From: a virus
Lineage: Duplodnaviria; Caudoviricetes
DNA: 62,215 nt
Virus record (IMG/VR): IMGVR_UViG_3300044844_001006
Coordinates: 1 to 62,215 of that record
Strand: one strand, 5' to 3'
The notes under the pieces were generated by a model, which searched no databases, was not told the origin of the DNA, and worked only from the letters and a program-made list of their open reading frames with translations. Position numbers and translations under genes: made by a program. How positions within the stretch are numbered: the stretch's first letter is position 1; each line of letters opens with the position of its first letter. This document shows, in pieces, positions 16,453 to 26,428 of the stretch.

Positions 16453-17598
16453 TTACTCGGTGAAGACCGGGAATGAACCAACGAACCCCAAGCGGCTGTG
16501 CAGGAACCTCATGCCCTGCTGCGGTCGCTCGGGCCTATAGCCCTGGCGGTGGCCATAGGGGGCGCAACCGGGAAGGCTGCCGTTACCGGTGGCCCTGCCG
16601 AAGCTAAGAGTATGAAAATGGCCGTGGAATGTGTTATCAGCTGGGATACTCTGATCCAGGTTCTTTACGTGCTTGTCCACGTTCCACAGCGGGCCAGCAG
16701 CACCGCCGTTGTACTTCACCGAATCACCGTGGAAGAACCTAATCCGCTTGTCGTAAACATCTAGGTAAAGGCAGTCGGCATCAGCGATCTGCCACACCAG
16801 GCGCGGTTGGTCTCTGTAGTGCCTCCTGAGGTTGTGATACATCAAATGAGCAAAACTGTTCTCAGTGGCGTTGCTCTGCTGCTTCTTAGTGGTCCGGTCA
16901 TGGTTGCCCACGTTGCAGGGCACCATGATCCGCTCCAGATCGGAATGGGCGAGCAGGTAGTCAAAGCCCCGCACTAGGGCCAACTGACACCGCACGATCT
17001 GCTGAGTAGTGGTCAGGGTTTGGTTCTGTACGGCGTCGTTGTGCAGCTCCCCTTCAATCATGTCCCCACCCAGCCAGACCACCCCTTCGCGGATGGTCAT
17101 GGTGTTGCGCTGGCCGTTGATGATCTTTAGGGCATTGCGGAACACCGCATCGAGCCGGTCGTCAAAGATGTCCGGGTTGAACTCGTTAAGATTGTTCACC
17201 GCTGATGGCTTGACCACCATTCCGCAGTGAATATCACTGATCATCAGGATCGGTGCCGCCTCCTCCCTTTCGGGATCTGCCGGTGGCTCGATGGTCCCTT
17301 GATCGAAAATGTCCCTGATCTCCAGGGCCGTGGTCAGGGCATCCTGCACCGTCTCCAGTTTAGCCAAGGCCCGCTCTGCCGATGCTTTGGCGTCCCTCAC
17401 CTCAGCCCTAAGCCTGCGAGCATCAAGCTGGAGGGCTAGCAGCTCTTCAGATGTGTCCGATCGCTTGCCATTCGGGCACATGCCCGGCTTACAAAAGGGG
17501 CGGCGGGTTCCGGCCTCGTCGTGCCATTCGATGGCGCTCTCTTCAATCCATTCCCGGCAGGAGCTGCTGCGGCGGCATTGGAATGTACGCTCAGCCAT
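16453..17598 (-). CDS. Calcineurin-like metallophosphoesterase with N-terminal Cys cluster and coiled coil
   Basis: SDIH, GGDMIEG, GNHD, FHGD and GHFH motifs in the canonical order. Confidence 0.85.
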   Translation of the reverse strand: MAERTFQCRRSSSCREWIEESAIEWHDEAGTRRPFCKPGMCPNGKRSDTSEELLALQLDARRLRAEVRDAKASAERALAKLETVQDALTTALEIRDIFDQGTIEPPADPEREEAAPILMISDIHCGMVVKPSAVNNLNEFNPDIFDDRLDAVFRNALKIINGQRNTMTIREGVVWLGGDMIEGELHNDAVQNQTLTTTQQIVRCQLALVRGFDYLLAHSDLERIMVPCNVGNHDRTTKKQQSNATENSFAHLMYHNLRRHYRDQPRLVWQIADADCLYLDVYDKRIRFFHGDSVKYNGGAAGPLWNVDKHVKNLDQSIPADNTFHGHFHTLSFGRATGNGSLPGCAPYGHRQGYRPERPQQGMRFLHSRLGFVGSFPVFTE

Positions 17599-17601
17599 GG
17601 C

Positions 17602-17790
17602 TCAGGCCAGCCTCTGCAGCCAGACCCGAGCACCCACGCCAATGGACCGCTCCAACATGCTCACGACCTTGTGAGCGGTGCGTTGGGGCAGGTTCAGGGC
17701 AACATCACGCAGTACCTGCCGGGTGGCCTCCTCATCCCTGGCGCCAACGGTGGCGTGGAGGGTCAGGAACGCGCGTAGGTCGGGTGGCAT
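17602..17790 (-). CDS. Small hypothetical protein
   Basis: MPPDLRAFL..., preceded by a GGCAAGCT motif. Confidence 0.55.
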   Translation of the reverse strand: MPPDLRAFLTLHATVGARDEEATRQVLRDVALNLPQRTAHKVVSMLERSIGVGARVWLQRLA

Positions 17791-17927
17791 GGCGCGGCGT
17801 TGCGTTTCCTTAGCTTGCCGTGGTGGCTTAGGAAAGTGCAATGGCTTATGATGGGCAAGCCGGAGGGTTCCCTGTTCTGCGCAGGGACCGATCTACCTCC
17901 GGCACCCCCTTCACCACAAGAGAAACC

Positions 17928-18176
17928 GTGACCAAGCTCCTGATCGCCTCAGTGCTAGCCCTGACCTTGACTGGCTGCGTGAGCCCCGACCACGCCCAGC
18001 AGGTGCTAGTTGATGCTGGCTACTCCAACGTGCGAACAGGCGGCTATTCGTGGCTTGGCTGTGGCAAGAGTGACATTTATGCCACTAATTTTGAGGCAGT
18101 AGGGCCAACGGGCAGGCCGGTTAAAGGAACTGTTTGCAGCGGGTTTTCCAAGGGTGCCACAATACGCTTCCACTGA
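17928..18176 (+). CDS. Putative lipoprotein
   Basis: Signal peptide with lipobox LTLTGC. Mature part ends GRPVKGTVCSGFSKGATIRF. Confidence 0.75.
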   Translation: MTKLLIASVLALTLTGCVSPDHAQQVLVDAGYSNVRTGGYSWLGCGKSDIYATNFEAVGPTGRPVKGTVCSGFSKGATIRFH

Positions 18177-18216
18177 ATTACGCCTTTTACCCCCTTCACC
18201 ACCACCACCAACGACC

Positions 18217-18600
18217 ATGCCTGAACCCGACTTTCGCGCCGCCCTGCAGCAGCTAGCCGATGCTGTTGACGGGTGGGAGATGGAGCCCGCAGCGGATGAC
18301 CCGCTGGCCGTCGCCATGGATCACGCCCACAAGCTGCTGCGGGCCGCCGATGAAAGCGAGCGGCTGTCATCCGGGAGGCTGGTCAGCGAACGGCTAGACG
18401 AGCTTCTCACTGAGGTCGAGCAAAGGGATCTTAAGCCTACTGAGGTCATTCTAGGCAGCCGTGCGTTTCAGCTTTATTGCAAAGAGAGGCACATGCACGC
18501 AGGTGGATGGACACAGATGCTCGGTGGCTATCACGGCCTTCCGGTAACCAAAAGCGACTCAGAAGCTGCTGAGTATGTTGCTATTGAATACCAGCAGTGA
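18217..18600 (+). CDS. Hypothetical protein
   Basis: MPEPDFRAALQQL..., ATG after a CCA-rich leader. Confidence 0.65.
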   Translation: MPEPDFRAALQQLADAVDGWEMEPAADDPLAVAMDHAHKLLRAADESERLSSGRLVSERLDELLTEVEQRDLKPTEVILGSRAFQLYCKERHMHAGGWTQMLGGYHGLPVTKSDSEAAEYVAIEYQQ

Positions 18601-18634
18601 CGCCACACGACCAACCCACTTGCCACCACCAACA

Positions 18635-19141
18635 ATGACCAACCGACGCATCCGGCGACTAACCAACAAGGAAATACGGGAAATTGCAGAAGATGAAATA
18701 CCTGTAGCGCTGGAGAGGTTGATGGGAGGCAGTCACGATGCACGCGCCATTGCCTTTGCTGAGCTGACCAAGTTTGCCCGCGCCATCATCGCCTGCGCAA
18801 TAGCCACCCCCGCACCGGAAGAGCTAGAGCCGAACGACCCCGACGTAGGCCGCATCCTGCGGTTGGCCGAGATCGTCAGGGAAGTGGACGGCAAGCACGA
18901 TCTAAGCGCAGCGGCCCTGGCTGAGGCGATCCTGGCGCATCCTGGGTTCAGCGGCTGCCACGATGGCCCCGTGGCTCCGCCAGCACAGGGGGAGGTGAAT
19001 GAACTGGTGGCAGCGCTGGAGGCCGATGCAGAATGCGTAGAGGTTGAGCATTACGACCTGTGCAATATGACAGCCGATCAAATGCGCCGCATCGCCGAAC
19101 TCCTGAGGGCACGCCCCGCTCTGCTAGCGCTATGGTTTTAG
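18635..19141 (+). CDS. Hypothetical protein
   Basis: ATG after a CCA-rich leader, with a REVDGKHDLSAAALAEAIL module. Confidence 0.65.
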   Translation: MTNRRIRRLTNKEIREIAEDEIPVALERLMGGSHDARAIAFAELTKFARAIIACAIATPAPEELEPNDPDVGRILRLAEIVREVDGKHDLSAAALAEAILAHPGFSGCHDGPVAPPAQGEVNELVAALEADAECVEVEHYDLCNMTADQMRRIAELLRARPALLALWF

Positions 19142-19166
19142 CTCGGCCCGCAGGAGTACATCCCCA

Positions 19167-19589
19167 ATGCCTGACGCCACCACCCCCAACCTCCTGCACT
19201 GCCGGTTCTGCGGGAGCACTGATGCCAACTTACACGACGAAAACTTTCATAACTTTGTTGAGTGCGGCAACTGTGAAGCAAAAGGGCCGGCTTTTAGCTA
19301 TGATGAAACTGACAGCATGGATAAAGCTATCGCTGCCTGGAACCAGCCCAGCCCTTGGCAGCCGATTGAAACGGCGCCAAGGGATGGGACTGATTTCATC
19401 GCCTACAACGAGTTCACGGGTCCTTACATCACGGCAGCAAAGTCAATTTTCCCCATCGCCGCGCCGCCTGATGGCACGATCAGGTTTCCGATGCACTACT
19501 GGCATGGGCAAAAGGGTACTTGGTTCCCCGAGCCAACCCACTGGCAACCCCTCCCCAGCCCACCCATCACCCCCAGCCCCCATGCTTGA
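19167..19589 (+). CDS. Lar-like (restriction alleviation) Zn ribbon fused to a DUF551-like domain
   Basis: LLHCRFCG...VECGNCEAKGP...AIAAWN, then WQPIETAPRDG...PTHWQPLP. Confidence 0.7.
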   Translation: MPDATTPNLLHCRFCGSTDANLHDENFHNFVECGNCEAKGPAFSYDETDSMDKAIAAWNQPSPWQPIETAPRDGTDFIAYNEFTGPYITAAKSIFPIAAPPDGTIRFPMHYWHGQKGTWFPEPTHWQPLPSPPITPSPHA

Positions 19590-19824
19590 CGCCAACGACC
19601 CAGCCTTTCAGCAGCAATACCCCAACGGCGCCACCGTCTACGACCGCACCGGGCGCAGAATTGCCAACGTGATCGCGTGCAACCCGGAGACCGGGGAGGT
19701 GATCACCTTCGACAGCAGCCAGCTAACGCGGGCATGCGGCTTCTGGCCCGCGCCGCTGACGATTGAGCCCTGCCAGTGGCTTCACATCGGGATTGTCAAC
19801 CACTTTGCCCCGCTTTGTCAACCA

Positions 19825-20964
19825 TTACCCCCTAGCCGCCGCCCTCCTAGCCGCCAGCTCCCCTATCGCCTCGCTGAACGTCCGCCCATCCATCGGGGCA
19901 TCCAACGGCGCCGAGGGCGGGATACTGCGCTTGCGATCGGGGAACAGATACCGCTCGCTGGCCGTTGGAGTCGTCAGCGCCCGCTGTAGCAGCCCCCGCG
20001 CCTTCTCCTCACTGATCCCCTCGGCCTTGGCCAGGGCCCTCACGCCTGCCGCCTGCTCCTCCCGCCAGAACTCACCATCGAGCAGGGTGTCACGAATCAC
20101 CGCATCCTCTTCCAGCACCTCATTGGCAGGCACCGGAACCGGTGTGCAGCGGCATTGCGGGTGGGCAGGGATCACCACCTGATCGGCCGGGAAGATCTGC
20201 CCATGGCGGCTGAGGCAATACCGACAGGCCCGCTCATCGGTGGCAGCGACCCACCGGATGAACGCGTAGCCTTCCTTCAGGTTGTGATCAATCGCCCCCT
20301 TCACATAGGCATTGGCCAGCTCACTGCGAGCGATCACCTCAGCCCGCTGCCTGAGCCCCATGCGGGCCGTCTTTCCCGTGGGGTCGGTTGTGCCCTCCAG
20401 CGCCCCGAGGATCTGCCGTTCCAGCCGCCTGGAGCCCCAGCCACGGGCTACCCCTTCGCTCACGATCTGGGCGATCTGATCACGGAACCGGGCCGTTTCG
20501 CCCTGCATGAAGGCGGTTGCGGCCTGGGTGGCAGCACGGACCGCCAGTGGGTTGGCACCGGCATAGGTGGCGGTGGCACCGGTCACGATGGTCTGGAGGG
20601 CCGCAGCAGCCTCACCACCAACGGATAGGGCTTCGACTAGATCGGTAGTGAACCTCCGCTGCCAGGCTGCGATCTCCTCAGGCGGCAGGAACTGCTGAGC
20701 ATCCCGCAGGATGGCCTGATACTTGGCGGTGGCCTCGCCGGAGCTGTAGGCACCGGGGGCCCTGATCGGGTTCCCCTCGGGGTCCAGGGCCTCGGGCCCC
20801 ACGGCGTTCAGGTAGGCGGCGTAATGGCGCTTCAGGTCGCCCAGAACCCGGTCCAGAGCGGTGCGGAGCATGGCGGTGGTGTTGGCCACCATGCGCCCTT
20901 CCAGCTCATCGAGGATGGCGGCGTAAGAGTCAACGCTGCTGATGATGCGGTCGCCCTGGGCCAT
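19825..20964 (-). CDS. Head morphogenesis protein (SPP1 gp7/Mu gpF family)
   Basis: RAEVIARSE...WVAATDERACRYC...PAHPQCRC. Confidence 0.88.
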   Translation of the reverse strand: MAQGDRIISSVDSYAAILDELEGRMVANTTAMLRTALDRVLGDLKRHYAAYLNAVGPEALDPEGNPIRAPGAYSSGEATAKYQAILRDAQQFLPPEEIAAWQRRFTTDLVEALSVGGEAAAALQTIVTGATATYAGANPLAVRAATQAATAFMQGETARFRDQIAQIVSEGVARGWGSRRLERQILGALEGTTDPTGKTARMGLRQRAEVIARSELANAYVKGAIDHNLKEGYAFIRWVAATDERACRYCLSRHGQIFPADQVVIPAHPQCRCTPVPVPANEVLEEDAVIRDTLLDGEFWREEQAAGVRALAKAEGISEEKARGLLQRALTTPTASERYLFPDRKRSIPPSAPLDAPMDGRTFSEAIGELAARRAAARG

Positions 20965-20967
20965 GGG

Positions 20968-21507
20968 TTAGGACTTCTTTTTCCCCCGGCGCTTGCTCCC
21001 GAATGTCGGAGATGTGGCCGTGCTCAGCCGTTGGCGTCTACCAAACGTCATGGGGCTGCCGTAACTGTTGTAGAAAGCCCGTGCGGCTGCCGCCGTCCTA
21101 TCTGCACGAGCCTGCCGCTGATTGCTTGCCGCAAACCGCTTATCTGGAGCGGTGGCTCGTCGCTGGGCCCCACTAAGGGCATTTTCTCTGTCTGATTCGT
21201 TGATACCTCGACGGAGAGACGTTCCTCCTGCCCGCTTCATGCGAGCTGCAAAGGCGTCTCCGTCAATGCGTGCCCGCTGCTTGGCGGCGGCGGGCTTGGC
21301 TGCAGGGGCTACAGGCTTGGCCACCTTCGGCCCCTTTGCCTTGCCACCCTTGCCCACGGTGCCAGCCCTAGGCGCTGCTGCCATCCGGCTGGTCTGCGTC
21401 GCCCGCTTGTTCCCGCTCGCCGTCTTCAGCCTGCCGCCCCGAGCGGTCGCTCCACTGCCTGCGCTAGCGAAACGACCATTATTGTCTCGGGAATAACGGC
21501 GGGCCAC
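20968..21507 (-). CDS. Highly basic hypothetical virion-associated protein
   Basis: Starts MARRYSRDNNGRFAS and is Arg/Lys/Ala-rich. Preceded by GGAAAGCT. Confidence 0.7.
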   Translation of the reverse strand: MARRYSRDNNGRFASAGSGATARGGRLKTASGNKRATQTSRMAAAPRAGTVGKGGKAKGPKVAKPVAPAAKPAAAKQRARIDGDAFAARMKRAGGTSLRRGINESDRENALSGAQRRATAPDKRFAASNQRQARADRTAAAARAFYNSYGSPMTFGRRQRLSTATSPTFGSKRRGKKKS

Positions 21508-21647
21508 GGTGCTCAGACAGGCTTCTGCCTGAGCTTTCCGCTGCTACGGCTTCTTGATGGTGTTCGCGGGCCGAGGGGCCTTGATCACCTTCCGCACCCC
21601 ATCAGCGGGCCTCAAGCGGCGGCCGATGGCGGTGACTACCGGGGCGC

Positions 21648-21803
21648 TCATTCGCCCTCCCCCTCCTCATCGTCGCTGTCTTCCAGGGCAGCCATCAGCA
21701 CATTCTGCTTGGCCGTCTCCAGAATGCCGACCACCTCGAACACGCTGCACAGCGATTCGAAGATGGCGGTGCTGATCGCTCCGTAAAGATCATCCGCAGT
21801 CAT
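21648..21803 (-). CDS. Small acidic hypothetical protein (51 aa)
   Basis: MTADDLYGAISTAIFESLCSVFEVVGILETAK..., hand translated. Preceded by GGAAAGCT. Confidence 0.55.
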   Translation of the reverse strand: MTADDLYGAISTAIFESLCSVFEVVGILETAKQNVLMAALEDSDDEEGEGE

Positions 21804-21835
21804 GGGGCCTCTGCTGTTACGGCTTAGCTTTCCGC

Positions 21836-23341
21836 TCAGGCCACCGGCTGCGATTCATCCAGCGGTGTGGTCATGTCCAGCGGCGTGGTCGTGTCGTTCC
21901 GCCCTGGTGTTGGCGCCCCCAGCGTCGGCCGCTCGCGCCGGATCCGCTCCATCTCATCCTCCACGCTGCTCGTTGCCCGGTTGAAGCCACCGCGCTGCAA
22001 CTCCTCCACCGCGCTCTCCTGGCTGATCAGCGGCTCACCACCGGTTAGATCCATCAGCGCCTTGGCACCCTGCGCATCGAGTGGCGGGACAAAGGCGTTC
22101 TCGTCCATCGTGAGCCCAGCGCCGACAGGCAGCACCTCCCCGGTATACAGGCACCAGATCGCTAGGATGGACTGCATCACGGACTTCTTACGCTCGCCCA
22201 TCGCCTTGATGCTCACCTGCGTCCTGCCGCCTTCCAGTTGCGCCTGGGTGGCCGTCTTGGTGATCTTGCTATCACCGCTGAGGAAGCCCAGCAGCTGATG
22301 ATTGATCAGTTCCTCCACTTCCTTGATCTGCTCTCGCTGCTCGGCCAGAGAGGTTGCTGAGGGCTCACGGAAGAAGAAGTCCCCGTCCTTGTCAACATCG
22401 ACAGCCGTGTTAGGGCCAATCACCAGCGGTGTGACTGCTTGGCCAGGCATTGGCGGCGGGGCACCCTTCCGCACTGGCACCGGCATGGCGCACTTGCGGG
22501 TTTTCTCCTTCAGGTCAGAGCGCATCTGGAAATGCTCGATGCAGTGCTCTACTACCTGCCGCAATGGCTGCCCACCTTTGCCGAACCCGGCCTTTTCGGC
22601 TGGATACCAAACTACCGGGCAGATCGGCAGCGGCTTCTGTTTGGCGTCCAGGTATTGACCATTGCTCACCTCATCAATTGTCAGCCTGCCGTCTGCCTGC
22701 TTGGTCAACTTGTACAGCGTCCATTTCCCTGCCTCGATCACCCGGTAGCGCTCCTCATAGATCACCCCAAAGTCGCCATCGGGGGAATCAATCTCAGCCC
22801 ATTCCAGGAATGTGCAGCGGGTCACCACCTCCACCGAATTGACAATGGCGGTCCGCCAGTTCAGGCAGGTTGACCGGGTGCGGCTAACCAGATACGGGCG
22901 CCGCTTCAGTGCAGCCTCGTTGGCCCCATCGGTAGGTTGACCATCGGGCATCTCGACCAGGACCGGCACCCCGCCATCTCGAAGGCATAGGGCATCCACG
23001 GTGAGCCACCACGCCTCAAGGCTATTGCCCTCTAGGTCAATGTTGTCCATCGCCTTCTCAAAGGTCGGCGGTGGGTTCACTAGGTCGCTACGCGATAGCA
23101 CCCCTGCGAAGGCTTCGATGCCAGCCCTGAAGAAGTCGGCGAACACCGCACGGCCCAGCCTGCCCTCATAGGCAGCCGGTGGTTCTGCTGGTTCGGCCGG
23201 CAGATACTTCTTCTTGGTCTCCTCACCCTTCAGGCAATACCAGGCGTCGTAGGCTCGCTCTAGATCCTCGGCGTGCTCCCGCAAGATCGGATGCCGGAAC
23301 GACGGCAACTTCGGGTCGGTTCCAGGATGTTCAGATTGCAC
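21836..23341 (-). CDS. Portal protein (DUF4055-like)
   Basis: 501 aa between terminase and gp7-like genes, with YLPAEPAE...YEGRL.RAVF and NIDLEGNSL motifs. Confidence 0.85.
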   Translation of the reverse strand: MQSEHPGTDPKLPSFRHPILREHAEDLERAYDAWYCLKGEETKKKYLPAEPAEPPAAYEGRLGRAVFADFFRAGIEAFAGVLSRSDLVNPPPTFEKAMDNIDLEGNSLEAWWLTVDALCLRDGGVPVLVEMPDGQPTDGANEAALKRRPYLVSRTRSTCLNWRTAIVNSVEVVTRCTFLEWAEIDSPDGDFGVIYEERYRVIEAGKWTLYKLTKQADGRLTIDEVSNGQYLDAKQKPLPICPVVWYPAEKAGFGKGGQPLRQVVEHCIEHFQMRSDLKEKTRKCAMPVPVRKGAPPPMPGQAVTPLVIGPNTAVDVDKDGDFFFREPSATSLAEQREQIKEVEELINHQLLGFLSGDSKITKTATQAQLEGGRTQVSIKAMGERKKSVMQSILAIWCLYTGEVLPVGAGLTMDENAFVPPLDAQGAKALMDLTGGEPLISQESAVEELQRGGFNRATSSVEDEMERIRRERPTLGAPTPGRNDTTTPLDMTTPLDESQPVA

Positions 23342-23380
23342 CGCCGCCCGTACTCTTTGCCTGCTAGTGGAGCTTTCCGC

Positions 23381-24295
23381 TTAGAGCTTCACCGCCTTGG
23401 GATGGGGCTTGCGGCGGGCAAACAACGAAGGCTGCACTACCTCAACCGGTGCGGGCCTTGGCTGGCGGGGGCGCCGCCCGCGGGGCGCGGGGGCAACGGT
23501 GGCAACGTCAAGCCCTAGCAACCCCTGGCGGAACTGCTCCAGGGTGCGGCCACGTAGCTGCGCCTTCAGTCGGTTGTGGAACTGAATCATCGGGCCCGAC
23601 GGGAAAGGCCGCTTGAATGGATCAGCCGCCCACCGCTCTAGGAGGCCACGATCAGCGGGGCGCAGGTTGGCGAACGCTGCATCGGTGAGGGCATAGAGCG
23701 CGGGGGCAAGGGCTGCCTCCGTGGCCTGGGGCTGGTGTTGGCTGAATAGGGTCAGCTCGTCCTCCAGCTCGATGGTGCCGACCATGCCGCCGAGCATTTC
23801 GGTGATCTCGTCTTCGCTGAACACCGGCAGGACCTCAACGATCTGCGCCAGGGTTTGCCCTTCGGCAATCAGGCGCCGAACCTTAGGGTAGTGCTCGCGC
23901 CACTTACTGGGCATCTTCACGTCGTAGCCGTGATCCCGGATGTGGTGTTTGATGGCCCCCTCGATGAACATGCACACGCAGGTTGAGAGCGCATAGGGCC
24001 GGTCTGTGGCGGGGTTGATCCTGTGCGGGTCATAGCGGCGGCACCCGTTGATCAGCCCCTCCAGGGCGGGGCCGATGAAGTCTTCAAAGGGGCGGGAGCA
24101 GCGGCGAGACCACTTAGCAGCGGCTGCCTCGGCTAACCCCTGGTTCTCGACAATCAGCCGCTCGGATAGCTCGGTGCGCGGTGGCACTCCAGGCTTAGCG
24201 GGTTGTTCTAGCGGCGCACCCTTGCGCTCCCTGCGCTTGCGCTTGGGGGCTTCCTGAACGTCGTCGGCAGGTTGTGGCTGGGAGATGGCGGTCAT
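23381..24295 (-). CDS. Phage-encoded RNA polymerase sigma factor (SigF/SigB-like)
   Basis: Region 2 pattern LIVENQGLA...FEDFIGPALEGLINGCRRYDP...FIEGAIKHHIRDHGYDVKMP. Region 4 looks divergent. Confidence 0.8.
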   Translation of the reverse strand: MTAISQPQPADDVQEAPKRKRRERKGAPLEQPAKPGVPPRTELSERLIVENQGLAEAAAAKWSRRCSRPFEDFIGPALEGLINGCRRYDPHRINPATDRPYALSTCVCMFIEGAIKHHIRDHGYDVKMPSKWREHYPKVRRLIAEGQTLAQIVEVLPVFSEDEITEMLGGMVGTIELEDELTLFSQHQPQATEAALAPALYALTDAAFANLRPADRGLLERWAADPFKRPFPSGPMIQFHNRLKAQLRGRTLEQFRQGLLGLDVATVAPAPRGRRPRQPRPAPVEVVQPSLFARRKPHPKAVKL

Positions 24296-24657
24296 AACCG
24301 GCGGCAGGATTCACGGACGCGATCCTTAGCGTCCTGAGACCATTGCTTTGCCTTGATTGCCAACTCGTCGGCTTCACAGGCCTGCCGTTTCTGCTCAAGG
24401 GCGGCCCGGCGTTCGTCCTGATCATTGCGGAGAACGGCTATCGCTTCAACGGGTAAGAGGATGCGCCCGCCTGCATCAGCACCAATCGCAGGGTGGGCCT
24501 GCTGGTATTCGTAGAGCTTGCTTTGGCTCATTCCGTGCGGGGTGGATCCATAGTATTGAATGCCGGCCATCGGGATCATCTCCGACCAAACCTGCTCCAG
24601 CAGCCAATCGCAGACTGCAGGCGGCGGTAAATGCGGGTCGCGGGGGGTGGTATCCAT
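24292..24657 (-). CDS. Hypothetical protein
   Basis: ORF coupled to the sigma gene. Start uncertain. Confidence 0.5.
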   Translation of the reverse strand: MDTTPRDPHLPPPAVCDWLLEQVWSEMIPMAGIQYYGSTPHGMSQSKLYEYQQAHPAIGADAGGRILLPVEAIAVLRNDQDERRAALEQKRQACEADELAIKAKQWSQDAKDRVRESCRRL

Positions 24658-24853
24658 GTTGGTGGGGTTTAATGCGGGAGCGGAAGTCATGGCAGCAAAA
24701 GGAGATACAGAATTATCAGCCAAATCACAAGTGATTCAACTGCTGCGATATTGATATTCTTGCTATATCGCGCCTTGAGCGCTTTCACCTCTTCGGCGAG
24801 ACTTTCAAGGGAGACTGGAGGCTTGTCCATAGGTTTGGTGGGTTGGTGGGTGT

Positions 24854-26428
24854 TCATCGGAAACCGGGGATAGCGGACCGCCGCCGGGGTGGTGGGGTCT
24901 CCGGCTGCTGCAGCAGTGCGGTGGAGCCATGGCCGTAGGTGGCGGTGCTCACCCGCATGGGGCCGGTGCTCGCGCAGAAGTTGAGCGCCTGCGTGGTTTC
25001 ATCCACGAGGTCATCAAAGGTGCCTGATGGGAAGGCCATCACCTGTCCCACGTACTCGCTTAGCCATGGGGAATGACGCGGTAGGAACACACGGCCCTGG
25101 CGGAACATCACTGAAGCGGCCTCAGCCCGTGCCACCTTGCCGCCGAGGGGGTTGACGGCATGGACGGCATAGGCAGCCTCGCGCTTGAGTGTGTCGATGA
25201 TCGCTGGGCCGTTAGCCTTGTCTTCGATCAGCAGCTCATTGAATTTCCACACCGGCTGCAGGCGGCGCAGCATGTCGAGAGTGTCGGTAAAGCCCATGCG
25301 GCGGTTTACCTGATCGACCCGGAACATGCCCTCCTGGGTCTGAAGCCAGAGGCCGATGCCCACCATGTCGGACCCTGCCGAATCCTTAAAGGTGGCGTCC
25401 ACTGAGGCCAGCTTGCGGATGCCGTACTCGGGCAGCAGTACATCACCTTCCTCCCCTTTTTGACCGGGCAGCACGTAGAACCGCAGGGTGTCGCGGCTGA
25501 AGATGGTCCCGGCGCTTTCAGTGGGTGCCTGCTGGTAGATCGCTTCCCAATCACGGCGGGGCGTGTTGGCCCGCTTGCGCTCGATCCACGCCTCATCGAA
25601 GCGGGTCGGGTCGAGGGCCTGGCCAGGCTCGCGATCGTCATGCTCACGGGTGACCGTGCGCGGCAGGGATTTGATCGCGTTGGCAGGGGTGGCCTCGATC
25701 GGCATTGAAACCACATGCCAGGGCTCGCATTGGGCAGTGAGCCCCTCCTTCTCCAGTTCCTCGTTCTTGGTCAGGAGGTAACCGATCAGGTCGTTGCTGT
25801 GCCAGCGGGTGTGAACGATCACCACAGCATTGCCCGGTTCTTCCCGTGTGCTCAGCACCGAATCCCACCACGAGTGAACCTGACGGCGCCAGGCGGCGGA
25901 ATCGGCCATCTCGCGGGATTTGATCGGGTCATCCACCACGATCAGATCGCCGGGGTTACCGGTGCCTCCTCCCACGCCAGCAGTCCAGAGGCCGCCGATG
26001 CCGCTGGTTCCCCACTTCTTCACGCCACCTGAGGTAGGCGAGAGGGCACCACCGGAAGCGGTGAAATAGTCGCGGGCATCCTGGGAGAAGCCCTCGGCCA
26101 GGGTGGCGGTATGGCAGCCGATGCCGACTGAGCGATTCGGGTAGCGGCGCAGGAAGTAGCCCGGCAGGAAGATTGAGAAGATGGTGCTCTTGTAGTGGCG
26201 CGGGGGAAGCTCCACCATCAGGCGGCGGATCTCACCATTGGCGACACGCTGACCAAGGGCGACTAGGCGGTGGGTGTGGTCGCTCCAGGGGAAACTGGGG
26301 CAGACCGAACAGATGTACTCCTTAAAGGTGCCGGCGATGGGGGCCTGGGTCTTGCTGGTGTTGGCATCGCGCTCCAGCTCCAGCACGGCGAGGCGCGAGG
26401 ATGGATCAGGGGCGCGGATGGGGGTCAT
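24854..26428 (-). CDS. terL: Terminase large subunit
   Basis: Walker A LPPRHYKS, Walker B LIVVDDP, YQQAP, and nuclease-domain motifs SVDATFK, IEDKANG, DDLVD. Confidence 0.95.
   Translation of the reverse strand: MTPIRAPDPSSRLAVLELERDANTSKTQAPIAGTFKEYICSVCPSFPWSDHTHRLVALGQRVANGEIRRLMVELPPRHYKSTIFSIFLPGYFLRRYPNRSVGIGCHTATLAEGFSQDARDYFTASGGALSPTSGGVKKWGTSGIGGLWTAGVGGGTGNPGDLIVVDDPIKSREMADSAAWRRQVHSWWDSVLSTREEPGNAVVIVHTRWHSNDLIGYLLTKNEELEKEGLTAQCEPWHVVSMPIEATPANAIKSLPRTVTREHDDREPGQALDPTRFDEAWIERKRANTPRRDWEAIYQQAPTESAGTIFSRDTLRFYVLPGQKGEEGDVLLPEYGIRKLASVDATFKDSAGSDMVGIGLWLQTQEGMFRVDQVNRRMGFTDTLDMLRRLQPVWKFNELLIEDKANGPAIIDTLKREAAYAVHAVNPLGGKVARAEAASVMFRQGRVFLPRHSPWLSEYVGQVMAFPSGTFDDLVDETTQALNFCASTGPMRVSTATYGHGSTALLQQPETPPPRRRSAIPGFR

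Noticed and set aside
19060-19989. 309-aa ORF as one gene
   Set aside because: It overlaps the Lar/DUF551 gene in another frame and the gp7-like gene on the opposite strand. At most the part from ATG 19582 is a real, possibly truncated, gene.
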